A model generated the notes under the pieces. It saw nothing but the letters and a program-made list of their open reading frames with translations. It ran no database searches and had not been told where the DNA came from. Made by a program: the position numbers and the translations under genes. A DNA stretch of 62,568 bases, counting the filler. It is 11 parts of 11 records of this genome, joined end to end, with 100 filler letters (N's around TTAATTAATTAA, not from the genome) between each part and the next. Parts side by side here need not be neighbours in the genome. Positions count along the whole stretch, not along the records: positions 1 to 6,622 come from SRR20825010_4054; positions 6,723 to 11,497 come from SRR20825010_4068; 9 more parts are not named here. One strand, written 5' to 3'. The first letter of the stretch is position 1; every line of letters starts with the position of its first letter. Shown here in pieces: positions 1-9,593 of this stretch.

Positions 1-19
1 GAAGACAATTGAGCAAGTG

Positions 20-1501
20 TTATATTTCGAACCATTGTTCCAATTTCTCTCTTGTTTTTTTTTCAGATTTGTGATGAAATTCATTGTTCGCTGAATTATA
101 AACGTAATCCTTGCCCATTGTAAGCCCATTTTCAGAAATTTCTGTGATGGCGCAAATAATATAGTCCAGTTCGTAGTCCGTCATGGTGGGGTGGAGCGAC
201 AACCGTACCCAACCAGGTTTGTCCTTTAGATTTCCATGTTCGATCTGATCGGTAATATGTTTGGAATTTTCCCGGGAGACCTCCAACAATATATGTCCAT
301 AGGTGCCGGCACAGGAACAGCCACCTCTGACCTGGATCCCATAATGATCGTTCAGCAACCGGACCACTAAATTGTAATGGAGATGTTCCACATAAAAGGA
401 AAACACACCTAAGCGGTACCTGACCTCTGGTGCAAATACATGGATGCCCTTGATTTTAGGGAGTTCCTCAAAACATTTTCGAGTAAGTTCATTCTCTCTT
501 TGACGGATTTTATCCACTCCCATTTTTTCCTTTAGCCCTATGGACAGTGCCGTTCTGATGGTCTGTAAGAATCCGGGGGTCCCCCCATCCTCCCTGGCCT
601 CGATGCTGTCAAAAAAGCTGTGCCCTCCCCAAGGGTTGGTCCATTTCACGGTACCGCCACCGGGATTGTCCGGAATCCGGTTTTTGTAGAGTTCTTTATC
701 AAAGACCAATACCCCGGAACTTCCCGGGCCTCCCAAAAACTTGTGCGGGGAAAAAAAGATGGCATCCAATTTTCTCTCTTTTTGGGTCGGGTGCATATCC
801 ATTTGCACATAAGGAGCGGATGCTGCGAAATCCACAAAACAGTACCCTCCGTATTCGTGCATGATCTCTGCCAGTTCATAATAGGGGGTGCCAATGCCGG
901 TCACATTGGAGCAGGCCGTGAACGATCCGATCTTCAACTTTCTGTCACTATATTTTTCCAGTTCTTTTCTTAATTGGCCGGCATCTACGAACAGGTCATC
1001 AGTAGGCTTTAGCAGTACAACATCGGCAATGGTTTCCAGCCAGGTGGTCTGGTTGGAATGGTGTTCCATATGGGTGAGGAATACGACCGGCCTTTCCTTT
1101 TCGGGGATGGCGAGCGATTTTTGGAACTTTTCAGGCACCTTCAGGCCCAAGATCCGTTGAAATTTGCATAGGACTCCGGTCATACCGGTATCCGTTGTAA
1201 TAATGACATCATCCATGGAAGCATTGACATGATGCTTGATCCGATTCTTGGCCTCTTCATAAAGGTGGGTCATTAACTTGCCCGTATAGGTAGTTTCAGA
1301 ATGGGTATTTCCCACATAGGGCCCAATTTTATCCGTGATAGTATCCTCAATAGGACCGTACAACCTACCACTGGCGATCCAATCCGCATAGACCAACTTT
1401 TTAGATCCAAAGGGAGTCTCGATCATTTGGTCGATGCCTATGATATTTTTCCTGAAGGAGCCAAAATATGACTCCAATGTCATCTTTTCTTGTTTTGACA
1501 T
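20..1501 (-). CDS. Aminotransferase class V / SufS-like PLP-dependent enzyme
   Basis: YADWIASG, EHHSN, PLP-lysine motif SPHKFLGGPG, C-terminal RGGCSCAG. Start set at ATG 1501 (MSKQEK); the ORF track starts at GTG 1531. Confidence 0.85.
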   Translation of the reverse strand: MSKQEKMTLESYFGSFRKNIIGIDQMIETPFGSKKLVYADWIASGRLYGPIEDTITDKIGPYVGNTHSETTYTGKLMTHLYEEAKNRIKHHVNASMDDVIITTDTGMTGVLCKFQRILGLKVPEKFQKSLAIPEKERPVVFLTHMEHHSNQTTWLETIADVVLLKPTDDLFVDAGQLRKELEKYSDRKLKIGSFTACSNVTGIGTPYYELAEIMHEYGGYCFVDFAASAPYVQMDMHPTQKERKLDAIFFSPHKFLGGPGSSGVLVFDKELYKNRIPDNPGGGTVKWTNPWGGHSFFDSIEAREDGGTPGFLQTIRTALSIGLKEKMGVDKIRQRENELTRKCFEELPKIKGIHVFAPEVRYRLGVFSFYVEHLHYNLVVRLLNDHYGIQVRGGCSCAGTYGHILLEVSRENSKHITDQIEHGNLKDKPGWVRLSLHPTMTDYELDYIICAITEISENGLTMGKDYVYNSANNEFHHKSEKKTREKLEQWFEI

Positions 1502-1755
1502 TGACAATAGTTTTTTAAGGCTGCCCTTCACCGATGGAATATCTTAGTGACTAACTCAAATAACTTTAGCAAATGACTTTCCAAAACCCCTGAGTGGAAG
1601 CATGTACATTTCTAAAATTGTATTCAATCAACAAGGACAGCCTTTAAGTGTATCTTATTTAAAGTAGATTTATTTTTTCCTTGGAAAACCAATTCCACAC
1701 GTGCAACATGGTTAACGGCATAAAGTACCGATGTTCCATTCCCTTGGTCAAAGAA

Positions 1756-2721
1756 CTAGTACTCCCAGTTCGACTCAATAAAGGTCAGATAATCGTTCAC
1801 CGATCGGGCGAATGCATTGGCAAACTTGATACGGTTTTCTTGCGAATCCCTCACACCTTGAAAATTTGCTTCTATCTGCATGCCGAATACTTTGGGATGA
1901 TCGGAAGCGGTATATCTCCTTGTATTGTAGCCTCCAGTAAAGTATGGCTCTCCCTCCTTTGGGTGTGGGTCATCAAGGCTTGGAACTGCCGGAAAACCGG
2001 ATTTTTCCATCAAAGTACCAAAGGCGTTTTCTCCTGTCAACAAATCCTTAAGAATCAACTTCGGGTTGTTTTCCAGCAGGTTTTGTACGGATGTTCTTGT
2101 CCCAATTTCTGAATCGTTTCCGGTACTTTCATAGTTTTTCTGTAATGCCGGGGCCCTTAAAAGGTACCCCAGTTCCAATCGTTTTACGGGATGACTTTGG
2201 CCATGTAGATCGATGTACATGGCATAACCAAACTCCTTAATGGCAGCATCTATGGCTTCTTCGATATACTTGTGGTATTGTTTCCACGTATATTCCATTT
2301 GAGGATTTCCGCATGTCGCTTGTTCAAGGTCCCGGTTAAAATCGACTTTGGTCCTTGCCAATCGGGCCACGATCAAATAGGGTTTCTTGCCCAATTGTCC
2401 AAAAGCATTTTCGATTTCGAAGGCCAGTTCTGCCGTATTGTTGTCCATCACCTTGGTCCCGCAGTCCCTGTCCCCAATCGCATCAGGAGAAATAGTGCCT
2501 CCATGGGGGGCACTGATGATTAATGGCATGTTGCCCGTAACGGTTTCCAACCAGTCATCATCAAAAAAAGCTTGTCTTTTCGACAGTTCACTTTCCTTAT
2601 GGGATGGTTCCGTTATGTTTTTGCTGCCAGAGCACTGCACTTGAAAAAGTGCAGTGATACTTAGCAAGCAAAGAATCATACTCTTTCTGACCAAAGTTTG
2701 AAAAATAAAATCCTTACGCAT
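1756..2721 (-). CDS. N-formylglutamate amidohydrolase-like (Zn-carboxypeptidase fold) putative lipoprotein
   Basis: Motifs IISAPHGG, VDFNR and YIDLHG; hydrophobic N-terminus ending VQC. Start uncertain (2721, 2679 or 2751). Confidence 0.65.
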   Translation of the reverse strand: MRKDFIFQTLVRKSMILCLLSITALFQVQCSGSKNITEPSHKESELSKRQAFFDDDWLETVTGNMPLIISAPHGGTISPDAIGDRDCGTKVMDNNTAELAFEIENAFGQLGKKPYLIVARLARTKVDFNRDLEQATCGNPQMEYTWKQYHKYIEEAIDAAIKEFGYAMYIDLHGQSHPVKRLELGYLLRAPALQKNYESTGNDSEIGTRTSVQNLLENNPKLILKDLLTGENAFGTLMEKSGFPAVPSLDDPHPKEGEPYFTGGYNTRRYTASDHPKVFGMQIEANFQGVRDSQENRIKFANAFARSVNDYLTFIESNWEY

Positions 2722-2751
2722 TTCTTGGTTTGATTTTGATTTTACAAACAT

Positions 2752-4149
2752 CTATTGGTTCACCCGGGTAGGTGCATACAGCCCTGGATCTGATGGTGCC
2801 AACGGATTGGACAAAACCTCATCCTGTGGATACAGCATACGTTCCACATTCTGGGTGCTGGTCGGCACATTCAATGGGAAAGGAACAGCAATATCCGAAT
2901 CCTCTTTTTTCAACCTACGTGCATCATCAAAAGGCATGAAAGTTGTAAAGCCTGTCACATATCTCTCTTCCACGATTTCACGTAACAATGCTCTTTCAGG
3001 ATCGATATTGTCCATATTCTCCATGCCGCCGGCATCAAAATCCGCACTGACATAGGGTTCGTACACATAAGGTTCAGCCATAAAATTGGCATTCAAAAAA
3101 CCTCCAGTATCCAAGAAATCCCGTAATTCGTTCAAATGTCCCAAGCCCACATTGAACCCCTGTGTCCTTGTTCCCGACTCGGCCAAGATGAGCAGGTTCT
3201 CCTGATAGGTGATCATGGGCTGCGGTTCCAGTTCCTGTGCCACGCCTAGATTTCCATCTGCATCCGATTGGTCAATAATATAATACTGGTGCCTGGCCGT
3301 TTCATCGGTCTTGGCATTGTTACGAGAAATACCGCTTGTCCCGTCCAAGAGCTGCATCAGATAACTGTCGCCTGTACCCACATTAGGCCCGCCGGCCAAA
3401 ACAATGTAGTACTTGTTTTTGGTGGCATTTTGCCCCGTTACATCAAGTGGGTCGAACATCATATTGTTTTCGTCGGAGGAAATCCCGTTCAAAGCGGCGC
3501 TGTATGCCAATGCATATTCTTTGGTGTGCATATAATAGCGCGCTTTCAGCGTCCATGCGGATTCCAGCCACTTAATTCGGTTTCCTTGGAAAATGTAATC
3601 TTCCAGTACGCCAAAACCTTGGGCAACCTCAAGATTGGCAATGGCTTCGTCCAATAAAATCTGTAATTGCTCAAAAACAAGGGTTTGATCATCAAATTGC
3701 GGGTTTTCAATTTCGCCCAAGGCTTCCGAATAGGGGATGTCCCCGAAAAGCGACGCATAGGTGCCGACCAAATGGGCCTCGATCACCTTGGAGATGCCCA
3801 ACAACAAAGGGTTGTCCGTGGTTCTTTCCTGTATCTCCCTCAAGGGGGTCAACACACTCTGATACCCATCCCAGTCAAAAGTGTTGTTGGCAACATTGTA
3901 CTGGAAACGTTCCAGTTCCACCTGTTCAAAACCGATCAACTGACCGGACCAATAACCGGCCATTCTACTATAAGGCCCAAGTTGTATGGCAATGTTTGAC
4001 AGTTCCGCCCCGTTTACAAAAAGCCCGGGGTCGATGTCATTCAAAGTCAATTGATTGGGGTTTTCATTTAGGTCATCGACTAATTTTTCACAACTCAAAA
4101 AAGCGAAAGCGGTGAAAATCAATAGAAATTTTATATATGTTGATTTCAT
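2752..4149 (-). CDS. SusD/RagB-family nutrient-binding outer-membrane lipoprotein
   Basis: Lipobox FLSC, NENPN, FGDIPYSEAL and RMLYPQDE motifs; directly downstream of SusC. Start at MKSTYIK (4149). Confidence 0.9.
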   Translation of the reverse strand: MKSTYIKFLLIFTAFAFLSCEKLVDDLNENPNQLTLNDIDPGLFVNGAELSNIAIQLGPYSRMAGYWSGQLIGFEQVELERFQYNVANNTFDWDGYQSVLTPLREIQERTTDNPLLLGISKVIEAHLVGTYASLFGDIPYSEALGEIENPQFDDQTLVFEQLQILLDEAIANLEVAQGFGVLEDYIFQGNRIKWLESAWTLKARYYMHTKEYALAYSAALNGISSDENNMMFDPLDVTGQNATKNKYYIVLAGGPNVGTGDSYLMQLLDGTSGISRNNAKTDETARHQYYIIDQSDADGNLGVAQELEPQPMITYQENLLILAESGTRTQGFNVGLGHLNELRDFLDTGGFLNANFMAEPYVYEPYVSADFDAGGMENMDNIDPERALLREIVEERYVTGFTTFMPFDDARRLKKEDSDIAVPFPLNVPTSTQNVERMLYPQDEVLSNPLAPSDPGLYAPTRVNQ

Positions 4150-4162
4150 GATAGTTTCAGTT

Positions 4163-6622
4163 TTAGAAATTGGCTTGGACATTGAACAGAATAGATCTGG
4201 TACCAGGGTTGTTGAAATAATTCATACCAAATGCATTGCTCACTCCATAATTATTGGTCTCGGGATCAACATCCTTGATGCCCGTCCATAAGATAAGGTC
4301 ACGTCCGGTCACAGATATCCGAAAGGAATCCAATGCGAGTTTTTTGGTCACTTTAAGGTCAGAGAAGGTATAGCCAAGGGTAACATTTCGAAGTTTCGTC
4401 CATGTGGCGTCCTCTATGAATAAATCGTTGGTCTTGTTGAAACCAAGCCCCCCACCTATGCCGCGGTACCACGATTCGTCAAGCAATACATTGCCTTCCC
4501 CAAAGTTGGCAATATTGCCCCGAACCGTTGTCCCGGCAGGGAAAACATCCCCATTGACATTGACAAGGTCCTCGGAAAGGGTAATCTCTTGGGCCACATC
4601 CTCGTGGACCCCAAATCCATATAGGACAACCCTGGTCCTATTGATGTAGTCGCCCCCATGGGAATGTTCAAACAAGAAACTAAAATCAAGGTCCTTCCAT
4701 TGCAGCTGCATCCCTATTCCGCCCCGCCAATCCGGGTTGGGGTCTCCCAATACGCGGCTTTCGGTGTCCAATTGGGGAAAGCCATTGGCATCCAATGCCA
4801 AGCTATTGTCCTCATTTCGTAGGGTCCCCGGTAGAAAGAATGAGCTCATGGGATAGCCTTTAACCGCTTTGGAGGTCCCTCCAATATCCACGGTTTCCGC
4901 TCCCGCAATATCCACCACCATGTTCTCATTATTGTTATAGTTGGTATTTATAGAAAGATTGAAATCGTCCGATTCAATCAGCTTGCCCGTTAAATCGATT
5001 TCAAGACCTTTGTTTTCAATGACAGCTGCATTTTTGTAATTGAAATTGAACCCAGAACTGGGATTGGCCTTTACGGCGAACAGGATATCTTTGGTTTCAT
5101 TCCTATAGTAGGTTACACCCAATCCCACCCTATCTTTGAAGAATCGTAGGTCACTTCCTATTTCCCATTCGGTTTTGATCTCCGGTTTTAGGTTGGGGTT
5201 GCCCTTTTCGGAATCCACCATAAAACTTCCACCAAACGTGGAAAAACCAGTGGTTGCCAAGGTCTCAAACTTATAGGGGGCTGGTTGGATACCTACCTTT
5301 CCCCAAGCGGCCCTGAGTTTTCCGAAGCTCAAGAAATCGGAGTCCATAAGGTCGCTGAATTGCCAGGCCATGTCCACAGAAGGATAGAAAAAGCTTCCCT
5401 TTATGGTGGAAGAAGCTTCCAAGGCCCCTGAAAAGTTGACAAACAATTGATTGTAAAGGCTCACCCCCAATATACCATAACCTCGGTTGGAACGAATGTG
5501 TTGAAGCGTCCTGTCCCAAGCGGTGGCCGCTTGATCTGGGTTAAGATCAGTTGTGAGCAACCGTGAATCAACGGCAAAAGGGCTTATGGTGTTTTCATTT
5601 ATTGCTCTTTTTCTATCATTGAAGTTAACGCCAAGGGTAGCGGAGACCCCAAACTCATTGCTGAAATCATGCGTGGCAATAACAATCCCATCCAAATTGA
5701 ATTCCTTACTGTTGATGTCTGTCTGGCTCCAATACCCTCCGCTTCTAAGACCACTGGCGGATCCCATCGGATAAAATTGGCTTCTTGAGTCCGTATAGTA
5801 GTCCAACCCTCCCCTAAGGATGACCTTTAGCCAATTTGCAGGGTCAATGGTCAGTTCGGGGTTTATGATGAACCTGTTGACGTCATTGGGTGCTTTCTGC
5901 TCGTTGAGGGTCCATAAGGGATTGTTGTAGATCGGGTTTTCAGATTCCCCAAGGTGCCTTCTGTACGAACGTTGGCGCTTTGCGAAGATGTCCCCGTTGG
6001 ATGCGGTATATGTACCGATATAATCCGTGATGTCAAAATCCGGGGCAGCCCGTAAAAGTCCCAATAGAATCCCGTTTGTGGTTTCCCCTGCCTGTTCAAT
6101 ACGATTGGATTTGGTATTGGTATAGGAGACCCTATTGTTCCAGGTCAACCAGTCGGTAACCTGGAACTTTGTGTTCAACCTTACATTTTGTCTTTTATAG
6201 TCATAATTTTCAATGATCCCCTTTTGGTCCAAGTTTTCATAACTGAAAAAGTAGGAGGCTTTTTCCCCTCCACCGCTTACCGATACATTGTGTTGGGAAA
6301 AGGTTCCTATCCGAAAAACCTTGTCATAATTGCTGTCACTATAGGTTTCCCTGGAATTTTTAGTAATGACAGGATAGTATCTTTCCCCTGAGGTGTTTGA
6401 GACAAAAAAGGCCCCTGAGGTATCCACTTCGTCCGCCCCACCGGAACGATCTGCTATTTTGTCCCCCCAGGATTCTGCGAATGAGGCACTATATACCCCG
6501 TTGCGTCCCTGCCCATAGGAATCTTGAAGCGGTGTTCGGACGTTGATATAATCATAGGATTGTGAAAAGGAATATTGTACGGATGGTTTCTTGCCCAATT
6601 GCCCGCTCTTGGTGGTGATGAC
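4163..6622 (-). CDS. SusC/RagA TonB-dependent outer-membrane transporter (5' truncated)
   Basis: GNPNLKPE, LGDPNPDW, IEDATWTKLRNVTLGY and DPE motifs; C-terminal Phe. The frame runs to the contig end. Confidence 0.95.
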   Translation of the reverse strand, partial: VITTKSGQLGKKPSVQYSFSQSYDYINVRTPLQDSYGQGRNGVYSASFAESWGDKIADRSGGADEVDTSGAFFVSNTSGERYYPVITKNSRETYSDSNYDKVFRIGTFSQHNVSVSGGGEKASYFFSYENLDQKGIIENYDYKRQNVRLNTKFQVTDWLTWNNRVSYTNTKSNRIEQAGETTNGILLGLLRAAPDFDITDYIGTYTASNGDIFAKRQRSYRRHLGESENPIYNNPLWTLNEQKAPNDVNRFIINPELTIDPANWLKVILRGGLDYYTDSRSQFYPMGSASGLRSGGYWSQTDINSKEFNLDGIVIATHDFSNEFGVSATLGVNFNDRKRAINENTISPFAVDSRLLTTDLNPDQAATAWDRTLQHIRSNRGYGILGVSLYNQLFVNFSGALEASSTIKGSFFYPSVDMAWQFSDLMDSDFLSFGKLRAAWGKVGIQPAPYKFETLATTGFSTFGGSFMVDSEKGNPNLKPEIKTEWEIGSDLRFFKDRVGLGVTYYRNETKDILFAVKANPSSGFNFNYKNAAVIENKGLEIDLTGKLIESDDFNLSINTNYNNNENMVVDIAGAETVDIGGTSKAVKGYPMSSFFLPGTLRNEDNSLALDANGFPQLDTESRVLGDPNPDWRGGIGMQLQWKDLDFSFLFEHSHGGDYINRTRVVLYGFGVHEDVAQEITLSEDLVNVNGDVFPAGTTVRGNIANFGEGNVLLDESWYRGIGGGLGFNKTNDLFIEDATWTKLRNVTLGYTFSDLKVTKKLALDSFRISVTGRDLILWTGIKDVDPETNNYGVSNAFGMNYFNNPGTRSILFNVQANF

Positions 6623-6722
6623 NNNNNNNNNNNNNNNNNNNNNNNNNNNNNNNNNNNNNNNNNNNNTTAATTAATTAANNNNNNNNNNNNNNNNNNNNNN
6701 NNNNNNNNNNNNNNNNNNNNNN
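6623..6722. other. Artificial contig-joining spacer
   Basis: 44 N + TTAATTAATTAA + 44 N. Confidence 0.98.
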
Positions 6723-6787
6723 ATTAGCCGATGGGCGTTAGCCCCGGTTGGCCTCTGGTTAACCGCCGCTAACGCGGTGCGGCTCAT
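6723..6787. repeat. Inverted pair of 27-nt REP-like palindromes (REPIN-like)
   Basis: ATTAGCCGATGGGCGTTAGCCCCGGTT (6723-6749) and, inverted, AACCGCCGCTAACGCGGTGCGGCTCAT (6761-6787). Confidence 0.75.
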
Positions 6788-6826
6788 TCAATCAACAGGC
6801 TGCTAAGAAACGCCGGGCCTGATCGA

Positions 6827-6878
6827 ACCAACAACGAGGGTGGATGCGACACACTGCATCCGCCCTCGTTTCGTTGGT
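6827..6878. other. Long intergenic hairpin (terminator-like or structured RNA)
   Basis: ACCAAC-AACGAGGGTGGATGC / GCATCCGCCCTCGTT-TC-GTTGGT; about 21-bp stem, 8-nt loop, one G-U pair. Confidence 0.55.
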
Positions 6879-7131
6879 CAACTGTCATCCCCCGCAGCAC
6901 AAGCAAGTCGGCACAAGCCAACCAGAAACATATAGATCGGTTGTTTCCGATTGCGCTGCTTCTTCTTAGACGGCAGAAGATTTCCAAGGATCTTCATGCA
7001 TCAACAAATCGTTTTGCTAAACTGCACGTCAAGATTTAGGCAGTGTCGCTCGCCCGTTGATTTGCGGGATGAATCGTGTGTCATGCGTTTAAAGATTGGC
7101 CGAAAAGCGTTCGCACTTTCTTTCGCGAGGC

Positions 7132-7158
7132 AACCGGGCCTAACGGCCGTCGGCTAAT
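7132..7158. repeat. Third copy of the 27-nt REP-like element
   Basis: AACCGGGCCTAACGGCCGTCGGCTAAT, same architecture as the copies at 6723-6787. Confidence 0.75.
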
Positions 7159-7196
7159 TGGTGCAGCGATTGTTTTCCCCACAAGGTTGTTGAGTT

Positions 7197-9566
7197 ATGA
7201 GAGTTCGTGTCCTGCACCTCGCTTGTGTCATTGCCGCGATCATTGCGATTCCCGGCGTCGCAGTCGCTCAGTCCTCTGCGGACTCATCGCCAACGCTGGA
7301 TCGAACAAGGTTGCCGATCGCCGAACCGATCGTGAAGCCAATCACCGAACTCGATGTTCGCAACACTCAGCCGCCACCTCGTTTTCAAGTGACAGCGCCG
7401 CAGGGGGCTCCCAACGTCGTCATCGTGCTGATCGACGACCTTGGCTTTGGCGCGACCTCGACTTTCGGCGGACCAATCCCCACGCCAACGCTCGATCGCC
7501 TTGCCAAGAGCGGCCTGAGATACAACAACTTCCACACCACGGCACTCTGCTCGCCCACCCGTGTCGCTTTGAAATGTGGTCGGAACCATCACACGGCCAA
7601 TGCTGGCTCGATCATGGAAACGGCCACTGCCTATCCGGGAAACACCGGTGCGATCCCGAACCGAGTCGCACCGCTGGCGGAGATGCTGCGTCTAAACGGA
7701 TACAGCACCGGAGCGTTTGGCAAATGGCACGAAACCGCCGCTTGGGAAACCAGCGTTTCCGGTCCTTTTGATCGCTGGCCCACTCATCAAGGCTTTGACA
7801 AATTCTATGGCTTCATCGGCGGTGAGACCGACCAGTGGTCACCGTTAATCTTTGATGGCGTGATCCGCATCGATCCTCCACTGAAGGAAGGCTACCACTT
7901 CACCGAAGACATGACCGACCAAGCCATCAATTGGATCAAAGCACAGCAATCACTCACGCCGGACAAGCCGTTCTTCACCTATTTCGCGACCGGTGCGACT
8001 CATGCTCCGCACCACGTGCCGAAAGAATGGATCGAAAAATTCCACGGTCAATTCGATGCGGGATGGGACAACGTTCGCCAAGAAAGCTACGAGCGTCAAA
8101 AGCAATCGGGAATTATTCCTGAGTCGACCCAGCTTCCGCCACGTCCGGAGGACATCAAAGCGTGGGATTCACTCTCCGAAAACGAACGAAAACTGTTCGC
8201 AAGGCAAGCCGAAACGTTCGCGGGATTTGTGGGCCACACCGACCAGCACATCGGTCGACTGATCGACGCGATCGAATCGATTGGCGAAATGGACAACACA
8301 CTCATCTTCTTCATCGCTGGCGACAACGGCACAAGCGCTGAAGGCGGCATGGTTGGCATGTTCAACGAGATGACTTACTTCAACGGCGTGCAAGAGAAGG
8401 TCGAAGACTTGATCCCGTTGATGGACAAATGGGGCAGCCCGGAAACGTTCCCGCACATGGCCGCAGGCTGGGCGGTTGCGTTTGATTCACCATTCACCTG
8501 GACCAAGCAAGTTGCTTCGGACTTCGGTGGAACTCGCAACGGTATGGTGGTGCACTGGCCAGAGGGAATCAGAGAGAGTGGCGGAATGCGAAAGCAGTTC
8601 GGCCATGTCATTGACATCGCCCCCACTGTGCTTGAAGCGACATCGCTTCCTGAACCCGAAGTCGTCAACGGCACGCCTCAGACGCCGATCGAAGGGACAA
8701 GCCTGCTTTACACCTTCAACGAACCCGACGCTCTCGAACAACACACGACTCAGTACTTTGAAATTTTCGGAAACCGAGCGATCTATCGAGACGGTTGGTT
8801 TGCTCGAACGATCCACCGAGCACCTTGGGAAACCGGCAAACAAAAGCCGCTCACGCAAGACGTCTGGGATCTCTACAACGTGCGGGAAGACTTCAGCCTT
8901 GCGGTCAATTTGGCGAGCGAACGTCCAGAAAAGTTGAAGGAGCTGAAGGCTTTGTTCATGACCGAGGCGGCCAAATACAACGTGTTGCCAATCGACGACC
9001 GCGTCCTCGAACGAATCAACCCCGCAACTGCCGGTCGCCCGGACTTGATGGGAGATCGCACGACGTTGACGTTGTACGAAGGCATGAACGGGATGATGGA
9101 GAACACATTCATCAACGTAAAGAACCGCTCCATAACAATCACTGCGGAAATCGAAATTCCGGATGGCGGCGCATCCGGAGCCCTGCTAGTTCAAGGCGGT
9201 CGCTACGGCGGTTGGTCACTGCACCTTCGTGACGGAAAACCAGCGTACGAATACAACTGGTTGGGGCTGGAACGTTTCGTCGTCGAGAGCCCGAAGGCAG
9301 TATCCGCGGGCAAATCCACTGTCACGCTCGACTTCAAATATGACGGAGGCGGCATGGGCAAGGGCGGTGCTGCCACTCTTTCCGTGGATGGCGATCAGGT
9401 CGCTGAAGGTCGCATCGACAAAACGCAAGGCTTCATCTTCTCCGCAGATGAAACCGCTGACGTGGGTCTCGACAATCAAACTCCCGTCGCACTCGGCATT
9501 GGTTACGGCCCCAAGGAAACCAAATTCACCGGCAAGATTCACGAGATCGTGGTGGAAGTGAAGTAG
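7197..9566 (+). CDS. Secreted Cys-type (formylglycine) arylsulfatase
   Basis: Signal peptide, PNVVIVLIDD, LCSPTR (CxPxR), GKWH, HAPHH and GDNG motifs; C-terminal beta-rich domain. Confidence 0.93.
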   Translation: MRVRVLHLACVIAAIIAIPGVAVAQSSADSSPTLDRTRLPIAEPIVKPITELDVRNTQPPPRFQVTAPQGAPNVVIVLIDDLGFGATSTFGGPIPTPTLDRLAKSGLRYNNFHTTALCSPTRVALKCGRNHHTANAGSIMETATAYPGNTGAIPNRVAPLAEMLRLNGYSTGAFGKWHETAAWETSVSGPFDRWPTHQGFDKFYGFIGGETDQWSPLIFDGVIRIDPPLKEGYHFTEDMTDQAINWIKAQQSLTPDKPFFTYFATGATHAPHHVPKEWIEKFHGQFDAGWDNVRQESYERQKQSGIIPESTQLPPRPEDIKAWDSLSENERKLFARQAETFAGFVGHTDQHIGRLIDAIESIGEMDNTLIFFIAGDNGTSAEGGMVGMFNEMTYFNGVQEKVEDLIPLMDKWGSPETFPHMAAGWAVAFDSPFTWTKQVASDFGGTRNGMVVHWPEGIRESGGMRKQFGHVIDIAPTVLEATSLPEPEVVNGTPQTPIEGTSLLYTFNEPDALEQHTTQYFEIFGNRAIYRDGWFARTIHRAPWETGKQKPLTQDVWDLYNVREDFSLAVNLASERPEKLKELKALFMTEAAKYNVLPIDDRVLERINPATAGRPDLMGDRTTLTLYEGMNGMMENTFINVKNRSITITAEIEIPDGGASGALLVQGGRYGGWSLHLRDGKPAYEYNWLGLERFVVESPKAVSAGKSTVTLDFKYDGGGMGKGGAATLSVDGDQVAEGRIDKTQGFIFSADETADVGLDNQTPVALGIGYGPKETKFTGKIHEIVVEVK

Positions 9567-9593
9567 GGCAGACCGCAGACGTGAAGTTCCGGC

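Noticed and set aside
6667..6678. TTAATTAATTAA as a biological repeat, CtrA box or CRISPR repeat
   Set aside because: It is always centred within N runs; it is a six-frame stop linker.
6784..6987. 67-aa ORF upstream of the sulfatase
   Set aside because: It runs through the hairpin and repeat terminus and has no protein-like features.
6723..7158. REP copies read as a mini-CRISPR array
   Set aside because: Mixed orientation, irregular spacing (11 nt and about 345 nt) and no cas genes.
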